Shown here: in pieces, positions 38,313 to 46,666 of the stretch
How positions within the stretch are numbered: position 1 is the stretch's first letter
Layout: the number at the start of each line of letters is the position of its first letter
Notes under the pieces: model-generated
Databases searched by the model: none
What the model saw: only the letters and a program-made list of their open reading frames with translations
Told to the model about the DNA's origin: nothing
Program-made: the position numbers and the translations under genes
From: Clostridia bacterium
GTDB taxonomy: Bacteria; Bacillota; Clostridia; RUG12999
DNA: 64,000 nt
Assembly: GCA_045577655.1 (NCBI GenBank)
Contig: JAZNIU010000027.1
Location: forward strand, 1,528-65,527
Reading direction: 5' to 3'

Positions 38313-39113
38313 GTGAGTTTTTTAAAAGGCAAAACAGCAATTATTACAGGCGCAGGATATGCGGTTCTTTCTGATGGAAAATGCGGGTCAATCGGTTATG
38401 GTATTGCAACCGCTTACGCAAAGGAAGGCGCAAATCTTGTTATTACAGGAAGAAATGTTGAAAAGCTTGAAAAGGCGAAAGAAGAGCTTGAAAAATTATA
38501 TGGCATTAAAGTTTTAGCTGTTTCTGCAGATATTGCCGAGGGAAATGATAACGAAAAAATTGCAAAAGATGTTGTTCAAAAGGCAATAGATGCTTTTGGA
38601 AGAATAGATGTTTTAATTAACAATGCCCAGGCTTCAGCATCGGGCGTTACAATTCAGGACCACACAACAGAGCAGTTCAATCTTGCTATGTATTCTGGAC
38701 TGTATGCAGCGTTTTATTATATGAAAGCTTGCTATCCCTATCTTAAAGAAACAAAGGGAAGTGTTATAAACTTTGCATCGGGAGCAGGTCTTTTCGGCAA
38801 TTATGGTCAGTGCTCATATGCGGCAGCAAAAGAAGCTATCCGCGGACTTTCCCGTGTTGCTGCAACTGAATGGGCAAAAGACGGGATAAATACAAATGTT
38901 ATTTGTCCGCTTGCATGGACCGCACAGCTGGAAAATTTTGAAAAAGCATATCCCGATGCATTCAAGGCGAATGTGAAAATTCCTCCGGCAGGTCACTTTG
39001 GAGATTCTGAACTTGAAATCGGAAGAGTATGTGTTCAGCTTGCTTCGCCCGACTTTAAATATATGAACGGAGAAACATTAACCCTCGAGGGTGGAATGGG
39101 CCTCAGACCGTAA
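38313..39113 (+). CDS. SDR-family oxidoreductase
   Basis: TGAGYA...GIGYGIA glycine-rich NAD(P)-binding motif and an NNAQ-type region. 266 aa. Confidence 0.75.
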   Translation: MSFLKGKTAIITGAGYAVLSDGKCGSIGYGIATAYAKEGANLVITGRNVEKLEKAKEELEKLYGIKVLAVSADIAEGNDNEKIAKDVVQKAIDAFGRIDVLINNAQASASGVTIQDHTTEQFNLAMYSGLYAAFYYMKACYPYLKETKGSVINFASGAGLFGNYGQCSYAAAKEAIRGLSRVAATEWAKDGINTNVICPLAWTAQLENFEKAYPDAFKANVKIPPAGHFGDSELEIGRVCVQLASPDFKYMNGETLTLEGGMGLRP

Positions 39114-39188
39114 CATTTTTTGCCCCTAACTTGACAAAATCATAATAAAAATGTCGAATATTGTCGGAAAAACAGAGGAGGAGAAGAT

Positions 39189-39653
39189 GTGTGGAAAAAT
39201 TGTGTAGAAAATGCATATGAAGATATAAGTTTACACGATTGTGTTGTCAATGGCGTAGAGGTATATGATGATGTATTATCTTTAACTCTTGATGATGGAT
39301 TTTGGATGTTAGCAGATTCAAAATATAATTCTTGTGGAGAAACGGTTCGTACAGATAAGTCGAAAATTAATTTTATTGAATTTGACGAACAGATGTCCGT
39401 GCTTTATTTATTCAAAAGACATTATATATTTGGTAAGCGTTTATGTACAACAAGAAAAAAAGTGAATTTGAAAAAAGTATATGAAAAAATAAATAAAGGC
39501 GAGTGGGAATTAGAATTTAACGAACAATACCATTCTTTTCATAGATCATTGTTTTTTGGTGCAGTAACAACAAAGAAAAAATATGGGAATTTGAATTTCA
39601 AATGGTTATTGACTGTGACAAAATTGAGTATTGCTGGAATAATATTTGCCTAG
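39189..39653 (+). CDS. Hypothetical protein
   Basis: 154 aa ORF with no recognisable motif. Locally AT-richer than its neighbours, with a C-terminal hydrophobic tail. Confidence 0.3.
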   Translation: MWKNCVENAYEDISLHDCVVNGVEVYDDVLSLTLDDGFWMLADSKYNSCGETVRTDKSKINFIEFDEQMSVLYLFKRHYIFGKRLCTTRKKVNLKKVYEKINKGEWELEFNEQYHSFHRSLFFGAVTTKKKYGNLNFKWLLTVTKLSIAGIIFA

Positions 39654-39760
39654 ATAGAAAATGGTGAATTTTTGGTCTTAGCATAACATAAACTTGACAC
39701 CAAAAAGGTTTGCATCTAAACCTTATGTGTCGCAATTAAAAATATTCAGAGGTATTAAAT

Positions 39761-40279
39761 ATGGAATTTGAAAAATTGATTACACAAAGATATTCTGTCA
39801 GAAGTTTTAGACCGCAGCATTTGTCCGAAGAAAGCATTTCAAAAATTTTAGACGCATCACACAAAGCGCCCACGGGACGCAATTATCAGCCCCAGAGAAT
39901 TCTGGTTTTAAACACAGATGAAGGAATGGGAAAAATAAAAAAATGCACAAAATGTCATTTTAATGCACCTGCGGCAATGCTTGTATGCTATAATGAAGAG
40001 GAAAGCTGGAAAAGGGTGTATGACGGGGCTCTTTCTGCACCGGTTGATGCAGCGATTGTAGCAACGCATATGATGCTTGCCGCGCATAATGCTGGAGTGG
40101 GATGCTGCTGGGTTATGCATTTTGACCCGGCGGCAATTAAAGAGGAATTTGGAATTCCCGACAATATCAAACCGCTTGCACTTCTTGTGATGGGATATCC
40201 GGCAGAAGATGCGGTGCCAAGTGATTTTCATAGTGAATTCCGGCCTCTTGAAGAAGTTGTTTTTTACGACCGGTTTTAA
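39761..40279 (+). CDS. Nitroreductase family protein
   Basis: ITQRYSVRSF...APTGRNYQPQRILVL is the nitroreductase/NfnB-like signature. Confidence 0.8.
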   Translation: MEFEKLITQRYSVRSFRPQHLSEESISKILDASHKAPTGRNYQPQRILVLNTDEGMGKIKKCTKCHFNAPAAMLVCYNEEESWKRVYDGALSAPVDAAIVATHMMLAAHNAGVGCCWVMHFDPAAIKEEFGIPDNIKPLALLVMGYPAEDAVPSDFHSEFRPLEEVVFYDRF

Positions 40280-40300
40280 AGACAGAAAGGAAAATTTCAG

Positions 40301-40831
40301 ATGTACATACTGGCACAAATAATAGGCGTACTTGCTGTTGTCCTTTTTGTTTTAAGCTATCAGTTTAAACGTCGGAAACATATTGTTCTGGCAAATGCAG
40401 TGTCAAACTGTTTGTATGTTTTGCAATATATTCTGCTTGGGGCGCTGGAAGGTGCAGCAATCGATATGCTGTCTTCTGTTTCGGCAGTTGCGGCGAATGG
40501 TAAGGACAAAGGGTTTGTAGCAAAACACGTTAAAACGATTTTTATAACTTTAAATTTAGCAATACTTGCAGCAGGACTTTGTTTATATAAAAACATATTC
40601 AGCCTGTTTCCCATTGTTGGTGCTATTTTGCAGACAAGTGCTTTCTGGGTAACAGAGGAACGAAAAATAAGGCTTGTTTCTTTGCTCGGAGCACCTTTCT
40701 GGCTTATATATAACCTTGTAAGTATGGCATATGGTTCGACCATAGGGAACGCACTGTCTATTATTTCGCTGGCAGTAGCAATTTATAGATATGATATATA
40801 TCCAAAAATAAAAAGGAGGAATTTAAAATGA
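40301..40831 (+). CDS. YgjV-like inner membrane protein
   Basis: 176 aa with 6-7 TM helices. The N-terminus YILAQIIGVLAVVLF resembles the YgjV family. Tentative. Confidence 0.4.
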   Translation: MYILAQIIGVLAVVLFVLSYQFKRRKHIVLANAVSNCLYVLQYILLGALEGAAIDMLSSVSAVAANGKDKGFVAKHVKTIFITLNLAILAAGLCLYKNIFSLFPIVGAILQTSAFWVTEERKIRLVSLLGAPFWLIYNLVSMAYGSTIGNALSIISLAVAIYRYDIYPKIKRRNLK

Positions 40832-41199
40832 GTGGAAAAAAACAATGGTATATTGTAGACGGATATCGTCCGTCACCAACACCCGACCCGAATGCAAAAT
40901 ATGAAGGACATGAAAGTATTATGATATTGAATACTAATGACGTTGACGCGCACGTCAGTATCAGTATTTATTTTGAAGACCGTGACCCTGTGGAAAATAT
41001 TCCGTACATTGTCCCGGCGAAGCGTATCAGATGTTTTAAAAGTGATGACAAAGAGGTGCTTGGCGGTCTTGAAATAGGCGTAGGAGTTCAATATTCAATG
41101 GAAATTAAAAGTGATGTCGGCGTTGTTGTTCAATATGGAAGACTTGATGTACAGCAGCCTAATATGGCGTATATGGCTCTTATGGCACAAAGCGAATAA
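40828..41199 (+). CDS. Sensory rhodopsin transducer (ASRT)-like beta-sandwich protein
   Basis: 123 aa soluble protein. ILNTNDVDAHVSISIYFEDRDPV...VVVQYGRLDVQQ matches my recollection of the ASRT family (PF07100); unverified. The ATGA start overlaps the upstream stop. Confidence 0.4.
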   Translation: MSGKKQWYIVDGYRPSPTPDPNAKYEGHESIMILNTNDVDAHVSISIYFEDRDPVENIPYIVPAKRIRCFKSDDKEVLGGLEIGVGVQYSMEIKSDVGVVVQYGRLDVQQPNMAYMALMAQSE

Positions 41200-41212
41200 A
41201 GGACGGACCTAA

Positions 41213-42109
41213 ATGAAAACAGAGAAAAATATTTTTATCGCATTTTTTCTTAATCTGACATTTTCGATTTTTGAATTTTTAGGAGGAACCATTACAGGAA
41301 GTGTTGCGATAGTTTCGGATGCGGTGCACGATATCGGAGACGCTATAAGCATTGGTTGCGCATGGCTTTTGGAACGAAAAAGCAAAAAACAGCCTGATGA
41401 TATATACACATACGGGTATATTCGATATTCTGTTGTGGGCAGTCTTATAACAACGGTGATTCTGCTTTTAGGTTCAATCGTGGTTATATACAACGCAGTT
41501 TTAAGAATTTTTAATCCCGTTGCCATTGATTATAACGGAATGATTATATTTGCGATTATTGGCGCGGCTGTTAATTTTTTTGCTGCCCTCTTCACAAAAG
41601 AAGGACATTCGCTCAACCAGAAAGCCGTTAATCTTCATATGATAGAAGATGTTCTTGGCTGGATTGTTGTTTTAATTGGTGCGATTGTTATGCGATTTAC
41701 TAATTTTGCAGTTATCGACCCGATACTGTCTATTTTAGTTTCTGTGTTTATACTTTTTAATGCAATAAAGAATTTCAAACAGATTGAGAATCTTTTTCTT
41801 GAAAAAATTCCTGCAGGTATAAAACTTGAAGAACTGAAAGAACACATCTGTGAAATTGACGATGTTATTGACGTTCATCACATCCATGTGTGGAGTATGG
41901 ACGGGTATAATAATTATGCAACGATGCATGTTGTCACAGAAGAGGAAAGCTCTTTAATAAAAGAAAAAATAAGAACCGAGCTTAAAGAGCATGGAATAGG
42001 TCATGTTACTTTAGAACTTGAAAAGCCGGGAGAAGAGTGCGACGCTGAACATTGCCATGTTCATCATACTGAAACAGGTGGACATCACCACCACCATCAT
42101 CATCACTAA
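41213..42109 (+). CDS. Cation diffusion facilitator transporter (CzcD-like) with C-terminal poly-His tail
   Basis: Six TM helices, HD/DxxxD metal-site motifs (SDAVHDIGD), and a tail ending GGHHHHHHHH. Confidence 0.85.
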   Translation: MKTEKNIFIAFFLNLTFSIFEFLGGTITGSVAIVSDAVHDIGDAISIGCAWLLERKSKKQPDDIYTYGYIRYSVVGSLITTVILLLGSIVVIYNAVLRIFNPVAIDYNGMIIFAIIGAAVNFFAALFTKEGHSLNQKAVNLHMIEDVLGWIVVLIGAIVMRFTNFAVIDPILSILVSVFILFNAIKNFKQIENLFLEKIPAGIKLEELKEHICEIDDVIDVHHIHVWSMDGYNNYATMHVVTEEESSLIKEKIRTELKEHGIGHVTLELEKPGEECDAEHCHVHHTETGGHHHHHHHH

Positions 42110-42123
42110 ACGAGGCGAGAAAA

Positions 42124-42879
42124 ATGAAAAATACTGAACTGCTGATAAAATCCACAATGGATGGCACTATGCAACCTTCTTTGTTCTATAAAGCAAAAGG
42201 GGAGGAAAAACGACCTCTGCTTGTCGGACTGCATACATGGAGCTATGACAGGTTTAATCAAATAGATAATATGCTTCCGTATGCGGAGAAGTACAATTTT
42301 AATTTGCTGTTGCCGGAGTTCCGGGGCGCCAATCTCAAAGCAAATCCCAATTGCACAAAAGCGTGCGGGTCCGACTATGCAAAACAAGACATAAAAGATG
42401 CTATTGACTATGTTGTCACCAATAAAAATATTGACAGAAGCAATATTTTTTTGCTGGGACTCAGCGGCGGCGGTCATATGGCGCTTTTAATGTCCGGTTT
42501 TTGTCCTGAATATTTTAAGGCTGTTGGTGCATATGTTCCGATTACCGACCTTGAAAAATGGATAAACCAGAACCCCGGATACAGAGATAATGTTTTAGCT
42601 TGTTGCAATAACGATGTGGCAGAGCTTAGAAAAAGGTCGCCTATTAATCATGTTCAAAAAATTGCAGAGTCAAATTTGAAGATCTTTCATGGAAAATTTG
42701 ACCCGGTTGTTCCGGTGGCACAAAGTCTGGAGCTGTATGAAAAAATAATGTCAGACTATCCGGATGCCCGTGTTTTCCTTGATGTTTTTGACGGTGGTCA
42801 TGAAATTGATATGAAAATGGCTTTCTACTGGATTCTTTCTCAATATCAGGAAATAGAAAAAGCGGTTGTTACAGGCTGA
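42124..42879 (+). CDS. Alpha/beta hydrolase (S9/esterase-like)
   Basis: GxSxG nucleophile elbow (LLGLSGGGHMAL), with a later Asp and His (DGGHE). Confidence 0.6.
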   Translation: MKNTELLIKSTMDGTMQPSLFYKAKGEEKRPLLVGLHTWSYDRFNQIDNMLPYAEKYNFNLLLPEFRGANLKANPNCTKACGSDYAKQDIKDAIDYVVTNKNIDRSNIFLLGLSGGGHMALLMSGFCPEYFKAVGAYVPITDLEKWINQNPGYRDNVLACCNNDVAELRKRSPINHVQKIAESNLKIFHGKFDPVVPVAQSLELYEKIMSDYPDARVFLDVFDGGHEIDMKMAFYWILSQYQEIEKAVVTG

Positions 42880-42908
42880 TTCATATATTCTTAAATTGGA
42901 GATACAAA

Positions 42909-43781
42909 ATGAAAAAAATATTAGATCCTAGGCTTATGTTAATCGTTTCAATGATAATATTCGGTACGCTGGGGCCATTTGTACGAAACATTTCGGTTTC
43001 ATCGGGTGAACTTGCGCTCTACCGTGCCATTCTGGCGTCTGTTATGATAGCGCTTTTCCTTGTTATTACAAAACAGAAAATACCTTTTTCTAAGATTAAA
43101 AAAGAAGTGCCGCTTTTGCTTGCTTCGGGAATTGCAATGGGAATAAACTGGATTTTGCTTTTTGAAGCATACAAATACACAACTGTTTCAGCAGCTACTC
43201 TCAGCTACTATTTTGCTCCGGTTATTGTTACAGCGGTTTGCCCTGTTCTTTTTCGGGAGAAATTAACCGTTAAGCAACTGATATGTTTTATTATGTCTTC
43301 TGTCGGACTGATAATGATTACGGGCATAGGAAAACTGGGAGGCGGAAAAGATTTTATAGGCATCATGTTCGGTCTTGGTGCGGCGGTTTTCTATGCAACA
43401 GTAATTTTACTTAACAAATTCATAAAAAATGTTGATGGAATTCACAGAACTTTTTTGCAGTTTATTGCTGCAATTGTTGTTCTTGCTCCGTACGTTTTTG
43501 CTACAAGCGGAGTTTCGCTTAATGTGCTTGACACGGTTGGTTGGGCAAATCTTCTTGTTGTAGGTATTGTGCATACCGGCATTACATATTGTTTGTATTT
43601 TTATTCTCTCAAAGAATTACCGGGCCAGAAAGCCGCAATTTTAAGTTATATTGACCCGCTTGTAGCGGTTATAATTTCTGTCACGGTATTGGGCGAGATG
43701 ATGACTTTCTGGCAAGCGGTAGGCGGAATTTTGATTTTAGGATTTACAATGTGGAACGAAATAACACCCCGAACGAAATAG
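42909..43781 (+). CDS. DMT-superfamily (EamA-like) transporter
   Basis: 290 aa with 10 TM helices and two EamA-type repeats. Confidence 0.75.
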   Translation: MKKILDPRLMLIVSMIIFGTLGPFVRNISVSSGELALYRAILASVMIALFLVITKQKIPFSKIKKEVPLLLASGIAMGINWILLFEAYKYTTVSAATLSYYFAPVIVTAVCPVLFREKLTVKQLICFIMSSVGLIMITGIGKLGGGKDFIGIMFGLGAAVFYATVILLNKFIKNVDGIHRTFLQFIAAIVVLAPYVFATSGVSLNVLDTVGWANLLVVGIVHTGITYCLYFYSLKELPGQKAAILSYIDPLVAVIISVTVLGEMMTFWQAVGGILILGFTMWNEITPRTK

Positions 43782-43797
43782 TTCGGGGATTTTTTAT
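43767..43797 (+). terminator. Rho-independent terminator
   Basis: CCCCGAAC gaaata GTTCGGGG followed by ATTTTTTATT. The stop codon lies in the loop. Confidence 0.8.
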
Positions 43798-43806
43798 TAA
43801 AAATGC

Positions 43807-43835
43807 TTGACATGGCTAAATGAGTGTGTTATAAT
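43807..43835 (+). promoter_or_regulatory. Consensus sigma-A promoter with extended -10 (TTGACA - 17 nt - TGtTATAAT) for the ylxM-ffh-rpsP operon
   Basis: -35 at 43807-43812, TG at 43827-43828, -10 at 43830-43835. Confidence 0.7.
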
Positions 43836-43866
43836 ATGTAAAGTAATTTGCTTTACAGGTGATTTT

Positions 43867-44199
43867 ATGGCTAAAAATTTCATAAACGGGATGTTACTTG
43901 ATTTTTACGGGAGTCTGCTTTCCGAAAGACAAAGAGATGTTATGGAGCTTTATTATAACGAGGATTTGTCTTTGGCGGAAATTGCAGAGGATATAGGGAT
44001 TACCAGACAGGGAGTCCGTGATGCCATAAAAAAATCTGAAAGCATTTTAGCTGAAACAGAAGAAAAGCTTGGGCTTGCCCAAAGGTTTAAAGATATTTCT
44101 CAGAAACTGGATATACTGAAAAGAATGGTGCTTGAAATAGATGTTGACAAAAAAGAAACCGAGCCCATAATTAAGCTTATATCAGAACTTGAAATTTGA
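43867..44199 (+). CDS. ylxM: YlxM/p13-like putative DNA-binding protein (UPF0122) preceding ffh
   Basis: MAKNFINGMLLDFYGSLLSERQRDVMELYYNEDLSLAEIAE is the conserved sigma-70 region-4-like HTH protein found upstream of ffh in Firmicutes. Confidence 0.75.
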   Translation: MAKNFINGMLLDFYGSLLSERQRDVMELYYNEDLSLAEIAEDIGITRQGVRDAIKKSESILAETEEKLGLAQRFKDISQKLDILKRMVLEIDVDKKETEPIIKLISELEI

Positions 44200-44209
44200 G
44201 GTGAAAAAT

Positions 44210-45553
44210 TTGGCATTTGATAGTTTGGTTGAAAGACTTCAAGACACCTTCAGAAAAATGAAAAATCATGGTAAGGTAACAGAGCTTGATGTTAAAAATG
44301 CCATGAGAGAAATACGGCTTGCTTTGCTGGAAGCAGACGTAAACTATAAAGTTGTTAAAGATTTTGTCAAAAAAACTTCTGAACGTGCTGTTGGCGCTGA
44401 GATTTTAGAAAGTCTGACACCGGCTCAACATATTATAAAAATTGTTAAAGAAGAAATGGTTGAACTTCTTGGAAAAGAAGAAGCTAAACTTGAGTTTTCT
44501 TCAAAACCGCCAACGGTTATAATGATGGTTGGTTTGCAGGGTGCAGGTAAAACAACAACTTCTGCAAAACTTGCTTTGCTGCTCAAAAAACAGCGTGCAA
44601 AAAGACCGCTTCTTGTTGCTTGCGATGTTTACAGACCTGCTGCTATCAAACAACTTCAGGTGGTGGGTGCACAACTTGACATTCCGGTTTTTTCAATCGA
44701 AGGGTCAAATGACCCGGTTGAAATTGCCAAAAAAGCAATTGATAATGCTAAAGACCACGGTAACGACCTTGTTATCATAGATACTGCGGGCAGACTTCAT
44801 GTTAATGAAGAGCTTATGCAGGAACTTGAAAATATAAAAACTGTTGCAGAGCCTACCGAAATTCTTCTTGTTGTTGACTCTATGACGGGTCAGGATGCAG
44901 TTAATGTTGCTGAATCATTCAATGAACAGCTTGAGATTACCGGCGTTGTTCTCACAAAGCTTGACGGTGACACGCGTGGCGGTGCTGCGATAAGTGTACG
45001 CGCCGTAACAGGTAAACCGGTTAAATTTGCCGGTATGGGAGAAAAGCTTTCAGACCTTGAAGTGTTTTATCCCGAACGCATGGCATCGAGAATTCTTGGG
45101 ATGGGCGATGTCCTGACGCTTATTGACAAGGCTCAGGAAGCATTTGATGAAAAACAGGCAAAAGAGCTTGAACAGAAACTTCGTCAAAACAAGTTTGATC
45201 TGGAAGATTTTCTGGTTCAGCTCAGACAAATGAAAAATATGGGGCCTTTGTCCCAGATAGTAGGCATGCTTCCGGGAGTTGATTCAAAAGCGCTTAAAAA
45301 TGCAAATATTGACGACAATCATCTTTCGAGGACCGAGGCAATAATCCTGTCTATGACGCCAAAAGAAAGGCAAAATCCAAGCATAATAAACGCAAGCCGC
45401 AAACAGAGGATTGCAAACGGTTCAGGGATGAGAGTTCAGGAGGTTAATGCCTTGCTTAAACAGTTTGATGCAATGCAGAAAATGATTAAGCAGATGACAG
45501 GTAACAAACAAATGCAAAGACAAATGAAAAAAATGGGCAGGTTCCCGTTTTAA
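44210..45553 (+). CDS. ffh: Signal recognition particle protein Ffh
   Basis: MAFDSLVERLQ canonical start (TTG at 44210, RBS GAGGTG; the ORF track begins at 44189). GTPase motifs GLQGAGKTT and DTAGR. M-domain Met-rich tail. Confidence 0.9.
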   Translation: MAFDSLVERLQDTFRKMKNHGKVTELDVKNAMREIRLALLEADVNYKVVKDFVKKTSERAVGAEILESLTPAQHIIKIVKEEMVELLGKEEAKLEFSSKPPTVIMMVGLQGAGKTTTSAKLALLLKKQRAKRPLLVACDVYRPAAIKQLQVVGAQLDIPVFSIEGSNDPVEIAKKAIDNAKDHGNDLVIIDTAGRLHVNEELMQELENIKTVAEPTEILLVVDSMTGQDAVNVAESFNEQLEITGVVLTKLDGDTRGGAAISVRAVTGKPVKFAGMGEKLSDLEVFYPERMASRILGMGDVLTLIDKAQEAFDEKQAKELEQKLRQNKFDLEDFLVQLRQMKNMGPLSQIVGMLPGVDSKALKNANIDDNHLSRTEAIILSMTPKERQNPSIINASRKQRIANGSGMRVQEVNALLKQFDAMQKMIKQMTGNKQMQRQMKKMGRFPF

Positions 45554-45580
45554 TAAAATATTATTTGGAGGTGAATATAA

Positions 45581-45826
45581 ATGGCAGTTAAAATTCGTTT
45601 AAGCCGTATGGGCGCAAAGAAAAATCCTTTTTACAGAATTGTTGTTGCAGATTCCAGATATCCGAGAAACGGTCGTTTCATTGAAGAAATAGGAACATAC
45701 AATCCTATCACTGAACCGGCTGAAGTAAAGGTTGATGCAGAAAAAGCAAAAAAATGGCTTGCTTGTGGTGCTCAGCCCACAGATACTGTTAAAGCTTTAC
45801 TTAAGAAAAACGGTATTGAAAAATAA
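45581..45826 (+). CDS. rpsP: 30S ribosomal protein S16
   Basis: [26 protein letters not shown] is the S16 signature. Confidence 0.9.
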   Translation: MAVKIRLSRMGAKKNPFYRIVVADSRYPRNGRFIEEIGTYNPITEPAEVKVDAEKAKKWLACGAQPTDTVKALLKKNGIEK

Positions 45827-45846
45827 TTCGGTTTGGAGAAAAGCAG

Positions 45847-46077
45847 ATGAAAGAATTATTGACAAACATTGCAAAATCGCTTGTTGACAAACCGGAAAAT
45901 GTTTCTGTTGCCGAGTCGGAAAACGACAGAGGCGTTTTACTCGAACTTCAGGTTGACCCTAAAGATATGGGTAAAATAATCGGCAAACAGGGCAGAATTG
46001 CAAAAGCAATCAGAACTGTTGTTAAAGCGGTTGCAAGTAAAGAGGACAAAAAAGTCAGAGTTGACATTATTGAATGA
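45847..46077 (+). CDS. KH-domain RNA-binding protein (YlqC family)
   Basis: 76 aa. The GKIIGKQGRIAKAIRTVV GXXG KH loop lies in the conserved position between rpsP and rimM. Confidence 0.75.
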   Translation: MKELLTNIAKSLVDKPENVSVAESENDRGVLLELQVDPKDMGKIIGKQGRIAKAIRTVVKAVASKEDKKVRVDIIE

Positions 46078-46139
46078 TGTTTCGCCGGGTAAGACTACTC
46101 GGCGAAATTCATATCCAGCATAATTTGCAGGTGATTTAA

Positions 46140-46628
46140 TTGAAAAAAATTAATATAGGTAAAATTGTTACAACACGCGGTATCCGCGGAGAAATCAAAA
46201 TTTTTCCCCATACAAACGTTACGGATATGTTTGATAAGCTTAAAACTGTTTATATTGGGGAAAATGAAGAAAAGATTAAATTTGTTAAACACATAAAAGG
46301 TTGTGTATCTGTTAAATTCAGCGGAGTAGACACACCGGAAGAAGCACAAAAGCTTGTAGGTAAGCAAGTTTTTGTTGACGAAAAAATGTTGCCGAGTCTT
46401 GAAGAAAACAGCTTTTATCTGAAAGATATTATCGGTTGTGACGTTAAAGATGCAGAAGAAAATTTTGTCGGCAAAATAACCGATGTAATTTTTACCGGAG
46501 CAAACGATGTTTACGAAATAACTTCGGAAGAAGACAGAAAAATACTTGTTCCTGCTGTTAAAGAGTTCATTTTAAATGTGGACATAAAAAACAAACTTAT
46601 TACAGTTAATTTAATTGAAGGAATGTAA
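46140..46628 (+). CDS. rimM: 16S rRNA processing protein RimM
   Basis: INIGKIVTTRGIRGEIKIFP matches the RimM N-terminus, followed by a PRC barrel C-terminus. TTG start with an AGGTGA RBS. Confidence 0.8.
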   Translation: MKKINIGKIVTTRGIRGEIKIFPHTNVTDMFDKLKTVYIGENEEKIKFVKHIKGCVSVKFSGVDTPEEAQKLVGKQVFVDEKMLPSLEENSFYLKDIIGCDVKDAEENFVGKITDVIFTGANDVYEITSEEDRKILVPAVKEFILNVDIKNKLITVNLIEGM

Positions 46629-46666
46629 AAAAATGACGGTGGTATAACCACCGTCATTTTTATTTT
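46627..46666. terminator. Bidirectional intrinsic terminator between rimM and the convergent WG-repeat gene
   Basis: A-run, then AATGACGGTGG tataa CCACCGTCATT, then TTTTATTTTG. Confidence 0.75.

Noticed and set aside
42085-42105. CAC/CAT repeat run at the 3' end of the CDF gene
   Set aside because: It simply encodes the poly-His metal-binding tail of the transporter. It is not an independent repeat element.
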